DNA from: an uncultured Candidatus Rokubacteria bacterium
GTDB lineage: Bacteria > Methylomirabilota > Methylomirabilia > Rokubacteriales > CSP1-6
Reading direction: 5' to 3'
DNA: 64,000 nucleotides
NCBI GenBank assembly: GCA_963789955.1
Contig: CAWBMV010000037.1
Location: forward strand, 160,001 to 224,000
Below, one piece after another: positions 20,178 to 31,129 of the stretch. Numbering within the stretch: the stretch's first letter is position 1; each line of letters starts with the position of its first letter. Both the position numbers and the translations under genes were made by a program. Under the pieces are notes generated by a model that was not told where the DNA came from, made no database searches, and saw only the letters and a list, made by a program, of their open reading frames with translations.

Positions 20178-21219
20178 GGCGCCACCTCACGCGCGGTGTC
20201 GAGCTTCTCGAGCGCCCACGCGGCGGCGTGACGCACCACCGCGTCCTCGTCACCGAGCGCCCGGGTGAGCACCCCGGCGGCGCGCCGCTCGCCACGGTTC
20301 GCCAGCACGATCGCCGCGTTTCGGAGAAGGCCGGCGCGCTTCGTCCGCGTGATCGCCGAGCCACGGAACCGCCTGCGAAATGCCTCGGGATCGAGCTCGA
20401 GCAAGGCCTCCAGCGTCCCGAACGATCCGGACGGCCCGAGGGCCGGCTCGTGACCGGGCTCGGCCTTGCGGTTCCACGGACACACGTCCTGGCACACGTC
20501 GCAGCCGAACAGCCACTCGCCGATCTGATCGGCGAGCTCGCCGGCGATGTCGCCGCGGTGCTCGATGGTCAGATACGAGATGCAACGGCGCGCGTCGAGC
20601 ACGTACGGTGCGACGAACGCCCGCGTCGGACAGGCGTCGAGACAGGCCGTGCAGGTGCCGCAGCGGTCGGCCTCGCGCTGATCGACCGGCAGCTCGGCGG
20701 TCGTGAGCACGATGCCGATGAAGAAGTAGGAGCCGAGCGCGGGTGCCAGGAGATTCGTGTTCTTGCCGACCCAGCCGAGACCCGCCCGGGCGGCGAGATC
20801 GCGCTCGAGCACCGCACTCGAGTCGACGGCGGCCCGGCTCGCGACGTTGCCGCCCGCCGCCGAGCCGATGAACTCCCCGAGCTCGACCAGGCGCGGTCGG
20901 ATCACGTCGTGGTAGTCGCGGCCGCGCGCGTAGCGCGAGACGGGCCGCCAGTCGTCGTCGACGCTCGAACGCCCGGGTTGTAGCTCATCGCGACGGCGAC
21001 GACCGAACGACACCCCGGCAGCAGGCGGGCCGGATCGAGCCGGTCGGCGCGACCGCGATCGAGATAGCCCATCGTGCCCGCGTACCCGGCATCGAGCCAC
21101 GCCTCGAGCGCGGCGCCGTGCTCCGGTGGCTCGGCCGGACCGATCGCGACTCGATCGAAGCCGAGTGCGCTCGCCCGCGCCTTGACGACCGAGCCGAGGG
21201 CGAGGCCGACCAGGCTCAC
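20174..21219 (-). CDS. queG: tRNA epoxyqueuosine reductase, frameshifted near 20970
   Basis: SRYARGRDYH, LERDLAARAGLGWVGKN, CGTCTACLDACPT, FGCDVCQDVCPWN. Confidence 0.92.
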
Positions 21220-21887
21220 GCCTTGCGTGCCTTGACGACCAGCTGGGCGCGCGTCAAGGTACGCCCGCCGTCCTCGAGGAACTTCACGTACTTGAACCAG
21301 CGGCCGTCCACCTTCCAGCGCTCCTGGAGCCCGACCGCCGCCGCGAGGCCTTCTTCGACCGACGCGAAGGCTTTGACGTCGCGCTCGACCTCGAGGTGCT
21401 CGACCGTGAAGCCGGTCCGCTTCAGGAGCCGGCGCACGCCCGTCTCGCCGTACGCGAAGCGCGAGGGCCGGCCCGTCTCCTTCCACTGATCGTTGTGCAG
21501 GGCGACGAACGCCAAGACCTGGCCGGCACGGAGCGCGCGACTGGCCCGCTCGGCGATCGCGTCGGACATGCAGAGGTACGCGACGACCGCGTCGGGCTTG
21601 AACGGTATGTACTCTTCGACCTCGATGTCGCCGACCACGAACCGGACGTTGGTGAGCTTGGCCGCGGCGGCCTTGCGGCGCGCCTCGTCGATCGCGCGCG
21701 CGTCGCGATCGACTCCGACGACGGCGCGGCAGAGCGGCGCCAGCGCCAGCGCCACCCGGCCCGAGCCGGTCCCCGCGTCCAGGACGGTCAGCTCGCGGAG
21801 CGGCTCGCTCTTGAGTCGCTCGAGGAACGCCGCGCTGAGCTCCTCGCCCGAATCGGCCGGTCGGCTTTCAGCCGGTGACGGCGCCAT
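21216..21887 (-). CDS. Class I SAM-dependent methyltransferase
   Basis: VLDAGTGSG motif I, VGVD. Confidence 0.8.
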   Translation of the reverse strand: MAPSPAESRPADSGEELSAAFLERLKSEPLRELTVLDAGTGSGRVALALAPLCRAVVGVDRDARAIDEARRKAAAAKLTNVRFVVGDIEVEEYIPFKPDAVVAYLCMSDAIAERASRALRAGQVLAFVALHNDQWKETGRPSRFAYGETGVRRLLKRTGFTVEHLEVERDVKAFASVEEGLAAAVGLQERWKVDGRWFKYVKFLEDGGRTLTRAQLVVKARKA

Positions 21888-23544
21888 CGGATGCACTCCC
21901 GACGAGGCGCGCGTACTTCGCCAGGGCGCCCCAGGTGTAGCGCGGCTTCGGGCGCTTGACGCTCTTGAGCCGCTTCTTGATCTCGGCGGCCGAAAGCTCC
22001 ACGTCGAGCTTGCGCTTCTTGATGTCGATCACGATCGTGTCGCCGTTGCGGAGCGCCGCGATCGGTCCGCCCTCGGCGGCTTCCGGCGCGATGTGGCCGA
22101 TCATGAATCCGTGCGTCGCGCCCGAGAAGCGCCCGTCGGTCATCAGCGCGACGGTGTCGCCCAGGCCCGCGCCCTGGAGCGCGCCGGTCACGTGCAGCAT
22201 CTCGCGCATACCCGGCCCGCCCTTGGGACCTTCCCAGCGGATGACGATGACGTCGTTCGGCTTGATCTTCCCGGCCTTCACGGCCGCGAACGAATCCTCC
22301 TCGCGCTCGAACACCCGGGCCGGACCGCGATGGAAATCGCGCTTCTGGCCCGAGATCTTGGCCACGCACCCCTCGGGCGCGAGATTGCCCCGGAGGATCG
22401 CGAGGCCGCCCTCGGGCTTGATCGGATCGGACAGCGGCCGGATGACCTTCTGGCCCGGCGCCTCGCGGCCGGCGCGCGCTTCCTCGGCGATCGTCCGGCC
22501 GGTGACCGTCGGCGCGTCGCCGTTCAGCAGGCCCGCCTCGAGCAGCCGCTGGGCCACGACCGCCATGCCCCCGGCGTCGTGCATCTCCGGCGCCGTGTAG
22601 TTGCCCCACGGCCGCATGTCGGCCAGCAGCGGCGTCTTGCGCGAGACCTTGTCGAACTCGTCGATCGTCGAGCTTGACGCCCGCCTCCTTGGCGACGGCG
22701 AGCAGGTGCAGGACCGCGTTGGTCGAGCCGCCGGTGGCCATCACGCCGGCGATCGCGTTGTGCAGCGACTTGCGCGTGATGATCTGACGCGGCAGCAGGC
22801 CCTTGCGCAGGACGTCCATCGACGAGCTTGCCGGTCTCGAACGCGACCTCTTCCTTGCGAGGGTCGGTGGCCGTGACGCCGTTGAACCCCATCGGCGACA
22901 CGCCGAGCATCTCGAACGCGGTGGACATCGTGTTGGCGGTGAACTGGCCGCCGCAGGCCCCGGCGCCCGGGCAGGCGCGGCTCTCGATCTCGTTCAGCTC
23001 CTTCGCGTCGATCTTCTTGGCGTTGAACGCGCCGATCGCCTCGAACACCTCCTGGATGGTGAGGCGCCGGCCCTTGTACTCGCCGAAGGCGATCGAGCCC
23101 CCGTAGAGCATGACGCTCGGCAGGTTGAGCCGCGCCATCGCCATCACCATCGCCGGGATGGTCTTGTCGCAGCCGGAGATGCCGACGAAGCCGTCGAGGA
23201 GATGGCCGCGCACGACCAGCTCGACGGAATCCGCGATCGCCTCACGGCTGATCAGCGAGGCCTTCATGCCCTCGGTGCCCATCGCGATGCCGTCGGTGAT
23301 GCTGATCGTGTTGAACTCGATCGGCGTGCCGCCGGCGGCGCGGATGCCTTCCTTCACCTTCTCGGCCAGCTTGCGGTGGTTCCAGTTGCACGGGGTGATC
23401 TCGATCCAGCAGTGGGCGACGCCGACCAGCGGACGCTTGCAGGTCCTCGTCGGTGAAGCCGATCGCCTTGAAGTACGAGCGGGCGGCCGCGCGGTCGGCG
23501 CCGTCCACGAGGCCACGGCTCTGGTGTCGGGGATCGAACGTCAT
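21868..23544 (-). CDS. ilvD: Dihydroxy-acid dehydratase, several frameshifts
   Basis: [59 protein letters not shown]. Confidence 0.95.
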
Positions 23545-23952
23545 GCGGATGCCTCCTTCTGTCGCTTGGCGACGAGGAACGTGAACTTGCCCTGCTGCAC
23601 GACCTCGCCGTGTTGATCCAGATATCGTGCGCTCGTCGACGACCAGCCCGCCGTCGCGCAGCGGGCGCTTCGAGACGATCCGCGAGCGGCTGTGCATCGT
23701 GTCGCCCACGCGCAGCTCTTTCATGATCTTCCAGTCGAGACCGACGAAGGCCTGCACCGCCATCGGCGGCGCCTTGACCCGCCAGCCGAGCCCGATGGCC
23801 ATGCACAGCGGCAGGACGTCCGGGATCCCGCCCGAGCCCATCTCGCGCGTCAGGCCCTCGTACATCTCGACGTGGGCGGCGGTCACGGTGATGGCGGGCG
23901 TCAGCTGGACCTGGTCGACCACGACGTCCTCGAAATAGGTGGCGGCGGTCAC
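23541..23952 (-). CDS. MaoC-like hotdog-fold protein, frameshifted
   Basis: YFEDV, LRVGDT, NQHGEVVQQG pattern; tandem with the upstream MaoC gene. Confidence 0.7.
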
Positions 23953-24396
23953 GGACGTTTCTGCACGACCAGGTCGGTCTGGCCCTGCTGGACGACCTCG
24001 TCGCGCTGGTTGAGGATCGTGCGGTCGAGCGTGATCTGTCCGCGATCGGGCTTGTCGAGCGTCCTTCTTGTCCACGACCTTCGCCCGCAGCCTGATCGTG
24101 TCGCCGATCTTGACCGGCGCCTTGAACTTCCAGCGCAGCCCGCCGAACCCGAGCGTGGCGTACGGCGCGGTGGCGCGCGTGAAGAGCCCGGACTGGATCG
24201 CCAGGCACAGGAGGCCGTGCGCGATGCGCTCACCGAAGATCGTCTGCTTCATGAACTCGGCGTCGGTGTGCAGGACGTTGTAGTCGCCGGAGAGTCCGGC
24301 GAACATCACGATGTCGGCCTCGGTCACCGTGCGCCCGGGGGACTCGTACTCCTCGCCGAGCTCGATCTCGTCGAAGTAACGCCTCGGATCGGCCAT
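23949..24396 (-). CDS. MaoC family dehydratase, frameshifted
   Basis: GRTVTEADIVMFAGLSGDYNVLHTDAEF, FGERIAHG, PVKIGDTI. Confidence 0.88.
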
Positions 24397-24802
24397 GGGC
24401 GCCGCCAAGAATAGCACAGGGGCGCGCGGGGTTCGGCCTCGCGCAGAAGTTTGCGAGCCTGCCCGGCGGACCATGGAATTTAATTCGCGCGTGACGTGGT
24501 CTACGTCCTGCTCGGGGGCCCGCCCGGCGACGCAGATCCTGAGCGTCGCGTTCTCACCGGATCCTCGGCGGCGCGCGATCTCCTGACATCTGGTGCGTCG
24601 ACCGCTCGTCATCCCGATGTCCGGCATCGTGGGACCCTCGCCCAAGACATCGGGCGCGGCGTGGCATCCGTCGTCATCTTCGTTCTGCGTGGGTTCACGT
24701 GGGCCTCATCACGTCGAGCGGCAAGACGTTGAGGGGGGGCGATGGTACGGGGCACGTCGGGGCCGCGATGCGTGCAAGCATCATGGCCCTCTCTCCGACG
24801 CA

Positions 24803-24834
24803 TCTCGGGCTTCACCGTGGGCGCGATCAAGTAG
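24803..24834. repeat. 32-bp direct repeat, copy 1
   Basis: tctcgggcttcaccgtgggcgcgatcaagtag identical to 26434-26465. Confidence 0.9.
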
Positions 24835-25178
24835 TGGACTAAGGCTCGGAAGAATGGACTCCGGGGCACTTGCAGCACGACATCTCGTCGTACCCTGCGG
24901 TCAGCATGGTTGCCGCGCGAGCGCGGGTAGGGCGCGCTTTACGCTCGAACAAACGCGCTCGCGGGCTTGTCGGAGTGACAATTGGTCCGTTTCAATGACC
25001 ACTTCTGTCATAACCGTGCCGTGCCAGCCGCGCGGTTTCGTCAACCGTGCGATAGGTCAGGGGTCGAGGGCGCCGACGGCACGTGGCGAAGATCTTGAAG
25101 GTCGCGAACGGCGGAATGGTGTTTGCGCGCATTTGGCACATAGTCGCCCGCAAGAGGCGACGGTCGACGAGCGCCCAG

Positions 25179-25896
25179 ATGTTCCGACAGGCGCAGACGG
25201 CTTCGGGATGAGGCACGCTACAAGCGTGCGGTCCTGGTCGTCGAGGACGCGTTGCTCCAGGATCCGAGGAGCGTCGTCGGACATCTACTGGCGGCCTCGC
25301 TCCACATGGTTCTGCGCGAGACCGGCCAGGCCAGGGCCTCGTTCGAGCGAGTCCTCGCGCTCGAGCCGACGCAACCCCGCGCTCTGCTGGGGCTCGCGCG
25401 CATCGCGCTCGAGGAAGGCGATGCCGCGGCGTGCCTTGAGCTGCTCACGCGAGCGCTGACGCGATATCCCGATTTCCCGGAGGCACGCGCCCTGCTGGAG
25501 GTCGCCCGAGGACTCGTGGCGACCGCCGACGCGAAGCGCACGGTCGCATCGAACGGAGCGATCCCTGCCGACCGGCTGCGCCTGCCGGCCGAGAGCCTCG
25601 AAGCGCTGTTCATTCGAGCCGATGCGACCGTGGTCTTCGCCGAGCCGCATGGACCGCGTACCAACGCGGTCGCCGGTAGCGCCGTGAAGCTCGCGACAGT
25701 CGCGACGGCGATGCTCGCGGGAGCCGGGCTCGGTCCGTTGCGCCACGCCGTCATCGAGGGAGTGGCCGACACGACGTATCTCCGCGCCGACGACGCGGCG
25801 CTCCTCACCGTGTCGTTCGACCGCGACCTGAAAAGCGCGACCGCAGTCGAGCACCTTAAGCGGGTATGGGACCGCTGCCGCTCGGAGCTCGTATGA
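25179..25896 (+). CDS. TPR protein with C-terminal roadblock-like domain; 5' part frameshifted, start uncertain
   Basis: TPR helices (ARASFERVLALEP, ALTRYPDFPEARALLE); C-terminal AGLGPLRHAVIEG roadblock-like region. Confidence 0.65.
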
Positions 25897-26288
25897 GCCC
25901 CGCCGCCGTCATCGCGCGGCCCGCGCTCGGCCGCGACCTCCGCGATGTGCTCGCCGAGCTTCTGAAGCTCCAGCACATCATCGGCGGGCTCGTCGTCGCT
26001 CCGGACGGGCTCGTGATCGCCGCCGATCTTCCACGCGAGATACAGGCCGAGCCCCTTGCCGCGCTGGTGGCGACCGTCGGACGCGAGCTCGAGCGACGCG
26101 GTCCTCGGCTCCGGCGCGGAGCGTTCCCGACGGCGCAATTCGCGAGCGTGAGCGGGGCCGCCGCGTTTATCGGCAGCACTCCCGTGGGTTTCATCGTGCT
26201 GCTCGGTGGGCCGCGCGCGGACTACGATACGATTCGCGCAGCGCTGCGCGAGGCGGTCGAAGCCGTCTATCGCGCCTGGGCGGGCTAA
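25893..26288 (+). CDS. Roadblock/LC7 (MglB-like) protein
   Basis: IIGGLVVAPDGLVIAADLP...LAALVA signature; ATGA overlap with the upstream gene. Confidence 0.82.
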   Translation: MSPAAVIARPALGRDLRDVLAELLKLQHIIGGLVVAPDGLVIAADLPREIQAEPLAALVATVGRELERRGPRLRRGAFPTAQFASVSGAAAFIGSTPVGFIVLLGGPRADYDTIRAALREAVEAVYRAWAG

Positions 26289-26433
26289 TCCGCCCCGGCA
26301 CGAGCGGCGCGCCGCCGCCACGCGCTCGAGGAGCGTCTGGCACTGTCGCCACCCCGAACAGGGTGGGCTCCAAGTGCGCGGAAGACCTAACTAGCGGGAC
26401 TGAGCGGGACTACCGTAGAAGACCGCCGGGAAT

Positions 26434-26465
26434 TCTCGGGCTTCACCGTGGGCGCGATCAAGTAG
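26434..26465. repeat. 32-bp direct repeat, copy 2 (overlaps the stop codon of the methionine synthase gene)
   Basis: Identical to 24803-24834. Confidence 0.9.
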
Positions 26466-27483
26466 CGCCGAGCTCGCGGCGGACGAGCGCCGCCCCGAGC
26501 ACGAGCGCCCGCAGCTTGCCTTGGGCGACCTTACGCGTGAGCGGGACCATCCCGCAGTTCGTGCAGGGATAGAGGCGCTCGGGCGGCACGTACGGAAGTG
26601 CCCGGCGGATGACGTCGGCCACCTGCTCGGGCGTCTCGATCGCGTTCGTCGCGACGTCGACGGCCCCGACGAGCACGTCCTTGCCGCGCAGGAGGCCGAG
26701 CAGCTCGATCGGCACGCGGGAATTGGCGCACTCGAGCGACACCTGATCCAGGCGGCTCGCCGCCAGCAGGGGGAACGTCTTCTCGTACTGGCGCCATTGC
26801 TGGCCCAGGGTCGCCTTCCAGTCGACGTTCGCCTTGATCCCATAGCCGTAGCAGATGTGCACCGCGGTCCGGCAGCCGACGCCCTCGATCGCGCGGTGCA
26901 GCGCCTCGATCCCCCATGCCTCGACGTCGTCCATGTAGACGTTGAAGGCCGGCTCATCGAGCTGGAGCACGTCGAGGCCGAGCGCGGCGAGCTCTCGCGC
27001 CTCTTCGTTGATCACGCGCGCGAACTCGAGCGCGAGCCGCCGCCGGTCGCGGTAGTACTCGTCGGCGAGCGTGTCGACGATCGTCATCGGCCCGGGGATC
27101 GTGAACTTGAGGGCGCGCGCGGTGCCGGCGCGCGCGAAGCGAACCTCGTCGCCGTGGATCGGGCCCCGGCGCCTGATGGGCGCGGTCACCGTCGGCACCT
27201 CGGCCTTGTAGCGATCGGCCCGGATCCCGATCGTGACCCGCCGCGAGAAGTCGACGCCCTCGAGCCGCTCGAGGAATCCGTGGACGAAGTGCTGGCGCGA
27301 CTGCTCGCCGTCGGTCACGATGTCGATCCCCGCCAGCTCCTGATCCTTCAGGGCCAGCAGGACCGCGTCGCGCTGGGCCTCGGCGAGCGCCTCGCCGGTG
27401 AGGCGCCACGGCGCCCAGAGGGTGGCCGGCGTGGCGAGCCACGTGGGCTTGGGCAGGCTTCCGGCGATCGTCGTGCGGAGCAT
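26458..27483 (-). CDS. Core (catalytic-domain-only) cobalamin-independent methionine synthase, MesD-like
   Basis: AGSLPKP, DGEQSRQHFV, QLDEP, HICYGYGIKAN.DWK, PCTNCGM. Confidence 0.85.
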   Translation of the reverse strand: MLRTTIAGSLPKPTWLATPATLWAPWRLTGEALAEAQRDAVLLALKDQELAGIDIVTDGEQSRQHFVHGFLERLEGVDFSRRVTIGIRADRYKAEVPTVTAPIRRRGPIHGDEVRFARAGTARALKFTIPGPMTIVDTLADEYYRDRRRLALEFARVINEEARELAALGLDVLQLDEPAFNVYMDDVEAWGIEALHRAIEGVGCRTAVHICYGYGIKANVDWKATLGQQWRQYEKTFPLLAASRLDQVSLECANSRVPIELLGLLRGKDVLVGAVDVATNAIETPEQVADVIRRALPYVPPERLYPCTNCGMVPLTRKVAQGKLRALVLGAALVRRELGAT

Positions 27484-27587
27484 GGGGTGGTTCTAACACG
27501 CTCACACCCTCGGACCCAAATCTCGACGGCGCGAGCGCCGGCCCGTATAATTCGGTCGACCGAGACGCCTCACCCCGGGAGGAACGA

Positions 27588-28684
27588 TTGCACTTTTCCG
27601 ACACGCGTCTGGCGGCCGTCTGGGACAAGGTCCGCGACGGCGGGCGCCTGAGCCGTGAGGACGGCCTCTTGCTATTCGAGACCGAGGATCTGCTGGGCCT
27701 CGGACGCATGGCCGACCACGTCAAGACCGCGCGCGAGGGCGACCGCGCCTATTTCGTCCTCAACCGGTACATCTCGCCGACCAACATCTGCGTGCTCTCG
27801 TGCGCCTTCTGCGGCTTCGCCCGAAAGAAGGGCGAAGACGGCGCGTTCGAGTACACGGTCGAGGACATCGTCGGCATGGTCAGCGAGGAGGTTCGCGAGG
27901 TCCACATCGTCGGCGGCCACCATCCGGACTGGCCGTTCGAGTACTACGAGCGGATCATCGGCGGCCTCCACGCGGCGCGTCCCTGGGTGCAGATCAAGGC
28001 CTTCACCGCCGCCGAGATCGATTACTTCTGGCGGCGCTGGAAGGTCGAGCCGGTGGAAGCGCTCACGCGGCTGAAGGCCGCCGGGTTGCAGACGATGCCG
28101 GGCGGCGGCGCCGAGATCTTCTCGTCGCGCGTGAGCAAGCTCTTGCGCTATGCGGGCAAGGCCGACGGCGACCGCTGGTGCGAGATCCACGGGATCGCCC
28201 ACTCGCTCGGGATCCGCACCAACGCCACCATGCTCTACGGCCACGTGGAGACCCACGCCGAGCGGGTCGATCACCTGATCCGCCTGCGCGAGCAGCAGGA
28301 CCGCTCCGGCGGCTTCCTCACCTTCATCGCCCTGCCCTATCAGGTCGGGACGACGACGCTCGTGCCGCGCTCGACGCCGCCGGCCGACAACTTGCGCACG
28401 ATCGCGGCCGCGCGTCTGCTGCTCGACAATTTTCCGCACATCGAGGCGTACTGGGTGCTGCTCGGCGAGGAGACGGCGTCGATCGCGCTGCACTTCGGCG
28501 CCGACGACGTGAACGGCACGCTCGAGGACGAGCGCGTGCAGCACATGGCGGGCGCCGAGACGCCGGCCGGCCTCGCGCGCGAGCAGCTCTTCCGGATCAT
28601 CCGCGATGCGGGCAAGGTGCCGGTCGAGCGCGACGCGCTGTACAACGTGATCCGCGTCTGGGATCGCGAGGGGTGGCGGCCTAG
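27588..28684 (+). CDS. mqnE: Aminofutalosine synthase (radical SAM)
   Basis: PTNICVLSCAFCGF, EVHIVGG, MPGGGAEIF, TNATMLYGHVET; appears fused to mqnC, probably through an indel. Confidence 0.85.
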
Positions 28685-28688
28685 CCCG

Positions 28689-29762
28689 ATGCTCGAGACT
28701 ATTCGGGACAAGGTTCTCGACGCTAAGCGGCTCGATCGCGCTGAAGGTCGCTGGCTCCTCGCCGAGGCGCCGCTGCTCGCGCTGGGCGCCCTCGCCGCCG
28801 AGGCCCGCTACGCGCGCTTCCCCGAGAAGGTCGTCACGTTCGTGATCGACTCGAATCCCAACTACACGAACGTCTGCATCACCGACTGCCAGTTCTGCGC
28901 CTTCTACCGCAAGCCGGGCGATCCCGAGGCCTACACCCTGACGGTCGAGGAGGTGCTGGCCAAGATCGAGTTCGCGGCGTCCAAGGGCGCCACGACCGTG
29001 CTGCTGCAGGGCGGTCACAACCCGGCGCTGCCCCTCGACTACTACACGACGATCGTGCGCGAGACGCGGCGCCGGTTCCCCGAGGTCACGCCGCACTTCT
29101 TCACCGCCTCGGAGATCCGCACGGTCGCGCAGGTGGAGAAGATCTCGGTCGGTGACGTCCTCGATCGCCTCTGGGAAGCCGGGCAGCGGACACTGCCGGG
29201 CGGCGGCGCCGAGGTGCTGTCAGAGCGCGTACGCCGGCGGATCGAGCCCAAGAAGGGCGGACCGGAAACCTGGCTCGAGGTGCACCGCGAGGCCCATCGC
29301 CGCGGCTTCAAGTCGACGGCGACGATGATGTACGGCCACGTCGAGGAGGTCGACGACCTCCTCGAGCACCTGGACGTGATCCGCGAGCTCCAGGACGCGT
29401 TCGGCGGCTTCACGGCCTTCGTGCCGTGGTCCTTCAAGCCCAACAACACCCTGCTCGAGAAGTGGATCAAGCATCCGAAGGGTCCGAACATGTACCTGCG
29501 CATGCTCGCGGTCTCGCGCCTCTATCTCGACAATTTCCCTCACGTCCAGGCCTCGTGGTTCTCGGAAGGCAAGCGCACCGGCCAGATCGCGCTCCACTTC
29601 GGCGCCGACGACTGGGGCGGCACCTTGCTCGAAGAGAACGTGCACAAGGCCGCGGCGTTCGTGAACACGATCGGCGTCGACGAGATCGTCACGTTGATCC
29701 GCGACGCCGGCTTCACCCCCGCCCAGCGCACGACCGAGTACGAGATCCTGAAGCGTTACTGA
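28689..29762 (+). CDS. mqnC: Cyclic dehypoxanthinyl futalosine synthase (radical SAM)
   Basis: NYTNVCITDCQFCAFYR, LLQGGHNP, STATMMYGH, HVQASW, GGTLLEENV. Confidence 0.9.
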   Translation: MLETIRDKVLDAKRLDRAEGRWLLAEAPLLALGALAAEARYARFPEKVVTFVIDSNPNYTNVCITDCQFCAFYRKPGDPEAYTLTVEEVLAKIEFAASKGATTVLLQGGHNPALPLDYYTTIVRETRRRFPEVTPHFFTASEIRTVAQVEKISVGDVLDRLWEAGQRTLPGGGAEVLSERVRRRIEPKKGGPETWLEVHREAHRRGFKSTATMMYGHVEEVDDLLEHLDVIRELQDAFGGFTAFVPWSFKPNNTLLEKWIKHPKGPNMYLRMLAVSRLYLDNFPHVQASWFSEGKRTGQIALHFGADDWGGTLLEENVHKAAAFVNTIGVDEIVTLIRDAGFTPAQRTTEYEILKRY

Positions 29763-29782
29763 GCGGCGGGGGCGACGCCCCG

Positions 29783-30195
29783 CTACTTGATCACTTCGTC
29801 GGCGCGACCCAGAATCTCTGGCGAGATCGTCACGCCGAGCGCCTTCGCGGTCTTGAGGTTGATGACGAGCTCGAAGGTCGCCGGACGCGCGACCGGCAGC
29901 TCCTCCGGCTTGGTGCCCTTCAGAATGCGATCGACGTAGCTCGCCAGACCTCGGAACATCTCGGTCATGCTTGGACCATAGGACATGAGCCCGCCGTCTG
30001 CTACGTAGTCCCGGAACTCGTAGATCGCGGGTAGTCGATACTTGGCGGCAAGCTCGATCAGCACGCGGCGCTGCGCGCCGAAGATCGGGGACGGCAACAC
30101 TTGAATGGCGCCGGCGCGCTCGCGCTGTGCCGTCTTGAAGGCGTTCTCGTATTCCCCGACCGCGGCGACTCTCAACGTACGGACCGTGAGATCGC
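29783..30195 (-). pseudogene. C-terminal fragment of a PF04392-type ABC substrate-binding protein
   Basis: GGLMSYGP, YVDRILKGTKPEELPV..P..FELVINLKTAKALG; the N-terminal ~60% is absent. Confidence 0.8.
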
Positions 30196-30225
30196 AGTCC
30201 AGCCGACCGTTCCGACGCTTCCCGG

Positions 30226-31055
30226 CTAAATCGGGTCGATCGGCGGAATCTCGGCGATCACGCCCCTTGGCGTGCGCCATCGCGAAGAGACGCTCGATCG
30301 CCGCGCGACCGTCTCGGCCGAGCGCGAGCGTGTAGTCGTTGACGTACATGAGCACGAACCGGCGGCACGTTTCCTTGTCGATTCCGCGGCCGTAGCGCAT
30401 CGCGTAGTCGAGCGCCTCGTCGATGTTCGCGTAGGCCCAGGCGATCGAGTCGCGCAGCCCCTGCGAGAGCGCGCGATGGAGATCCTCACCCATGTCCCGG
30501 CGCATCACGTTGACACCGAGCGGCAGCGGCAGACCGGTGTCCCGTTGCCATTCTTCGCCCAGGTCGAGAACCTTCGTCAGCCCCATCGTCTGGTGGGTAA
30601 TCTGGCCTTCGTGAATCAGTAGAGCCCAGATCGGCCTGCCCGTCCAGCACGGCTTGAGGAATCTTGTCGAAGGCGACCTCGATCAACGGCGGATCGCCGA
30701 CGTACAGGCTCAGGAGCAGCGCCGACGTCGTGTGCTTGCCGGGGATCGCCACCACGCGATTCTCGAGCTCGGCCCGTGGCACCGGCCCGCGGGCGACCAG
30801 GATCGGGCCGTAGCCCTTCCCCATCGACGAGCCGGGATCCATCATGCGGTAGCGATCGGCGATGAGCAGGTAGGTCGCGAAGGACACCGCGGTCACCTCG
30901 AGCTCGGCGGTGCGCGAGCGGCGATTCAGCGATTCGATGTCCTCGAGCACGTGCTCGATCGTCACCCCGGGAATCTTCACCTTCCCGGCCGTGAGCGCAT
31001 AGAACATGAACGCGTCGTCCGCGTCGGGGCTGTGACCGATCCTCACCGTGGTCAT
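30226..31055 (-). CDS. mqnD: 1,4-dihydroxy-6-naphthoate synthase (MqnA/MqnD family), frameshifted
   Basis: GHSPDADDAFMFYAL, DIESLN, GYGPILVA, DLGEEW...GLPLPLG, MYVNDYT. Confidence 0.88.
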
Positions 31056-31129
31056 CGAAGACTCCTTGATAGGGTCGTGCCGTGGCACGTGCTCCTGCGA
31101 TTGTAGGTCAGCGGGCGGGTCCGAGGAAA

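Noticed and set aside
24470..24800. Possible small membrane-protein gene and sigma54 promoter in the long intergenic region
   Set aside because: The reading frame is too broken to call, and the GG-N10-GC spacing is not met.
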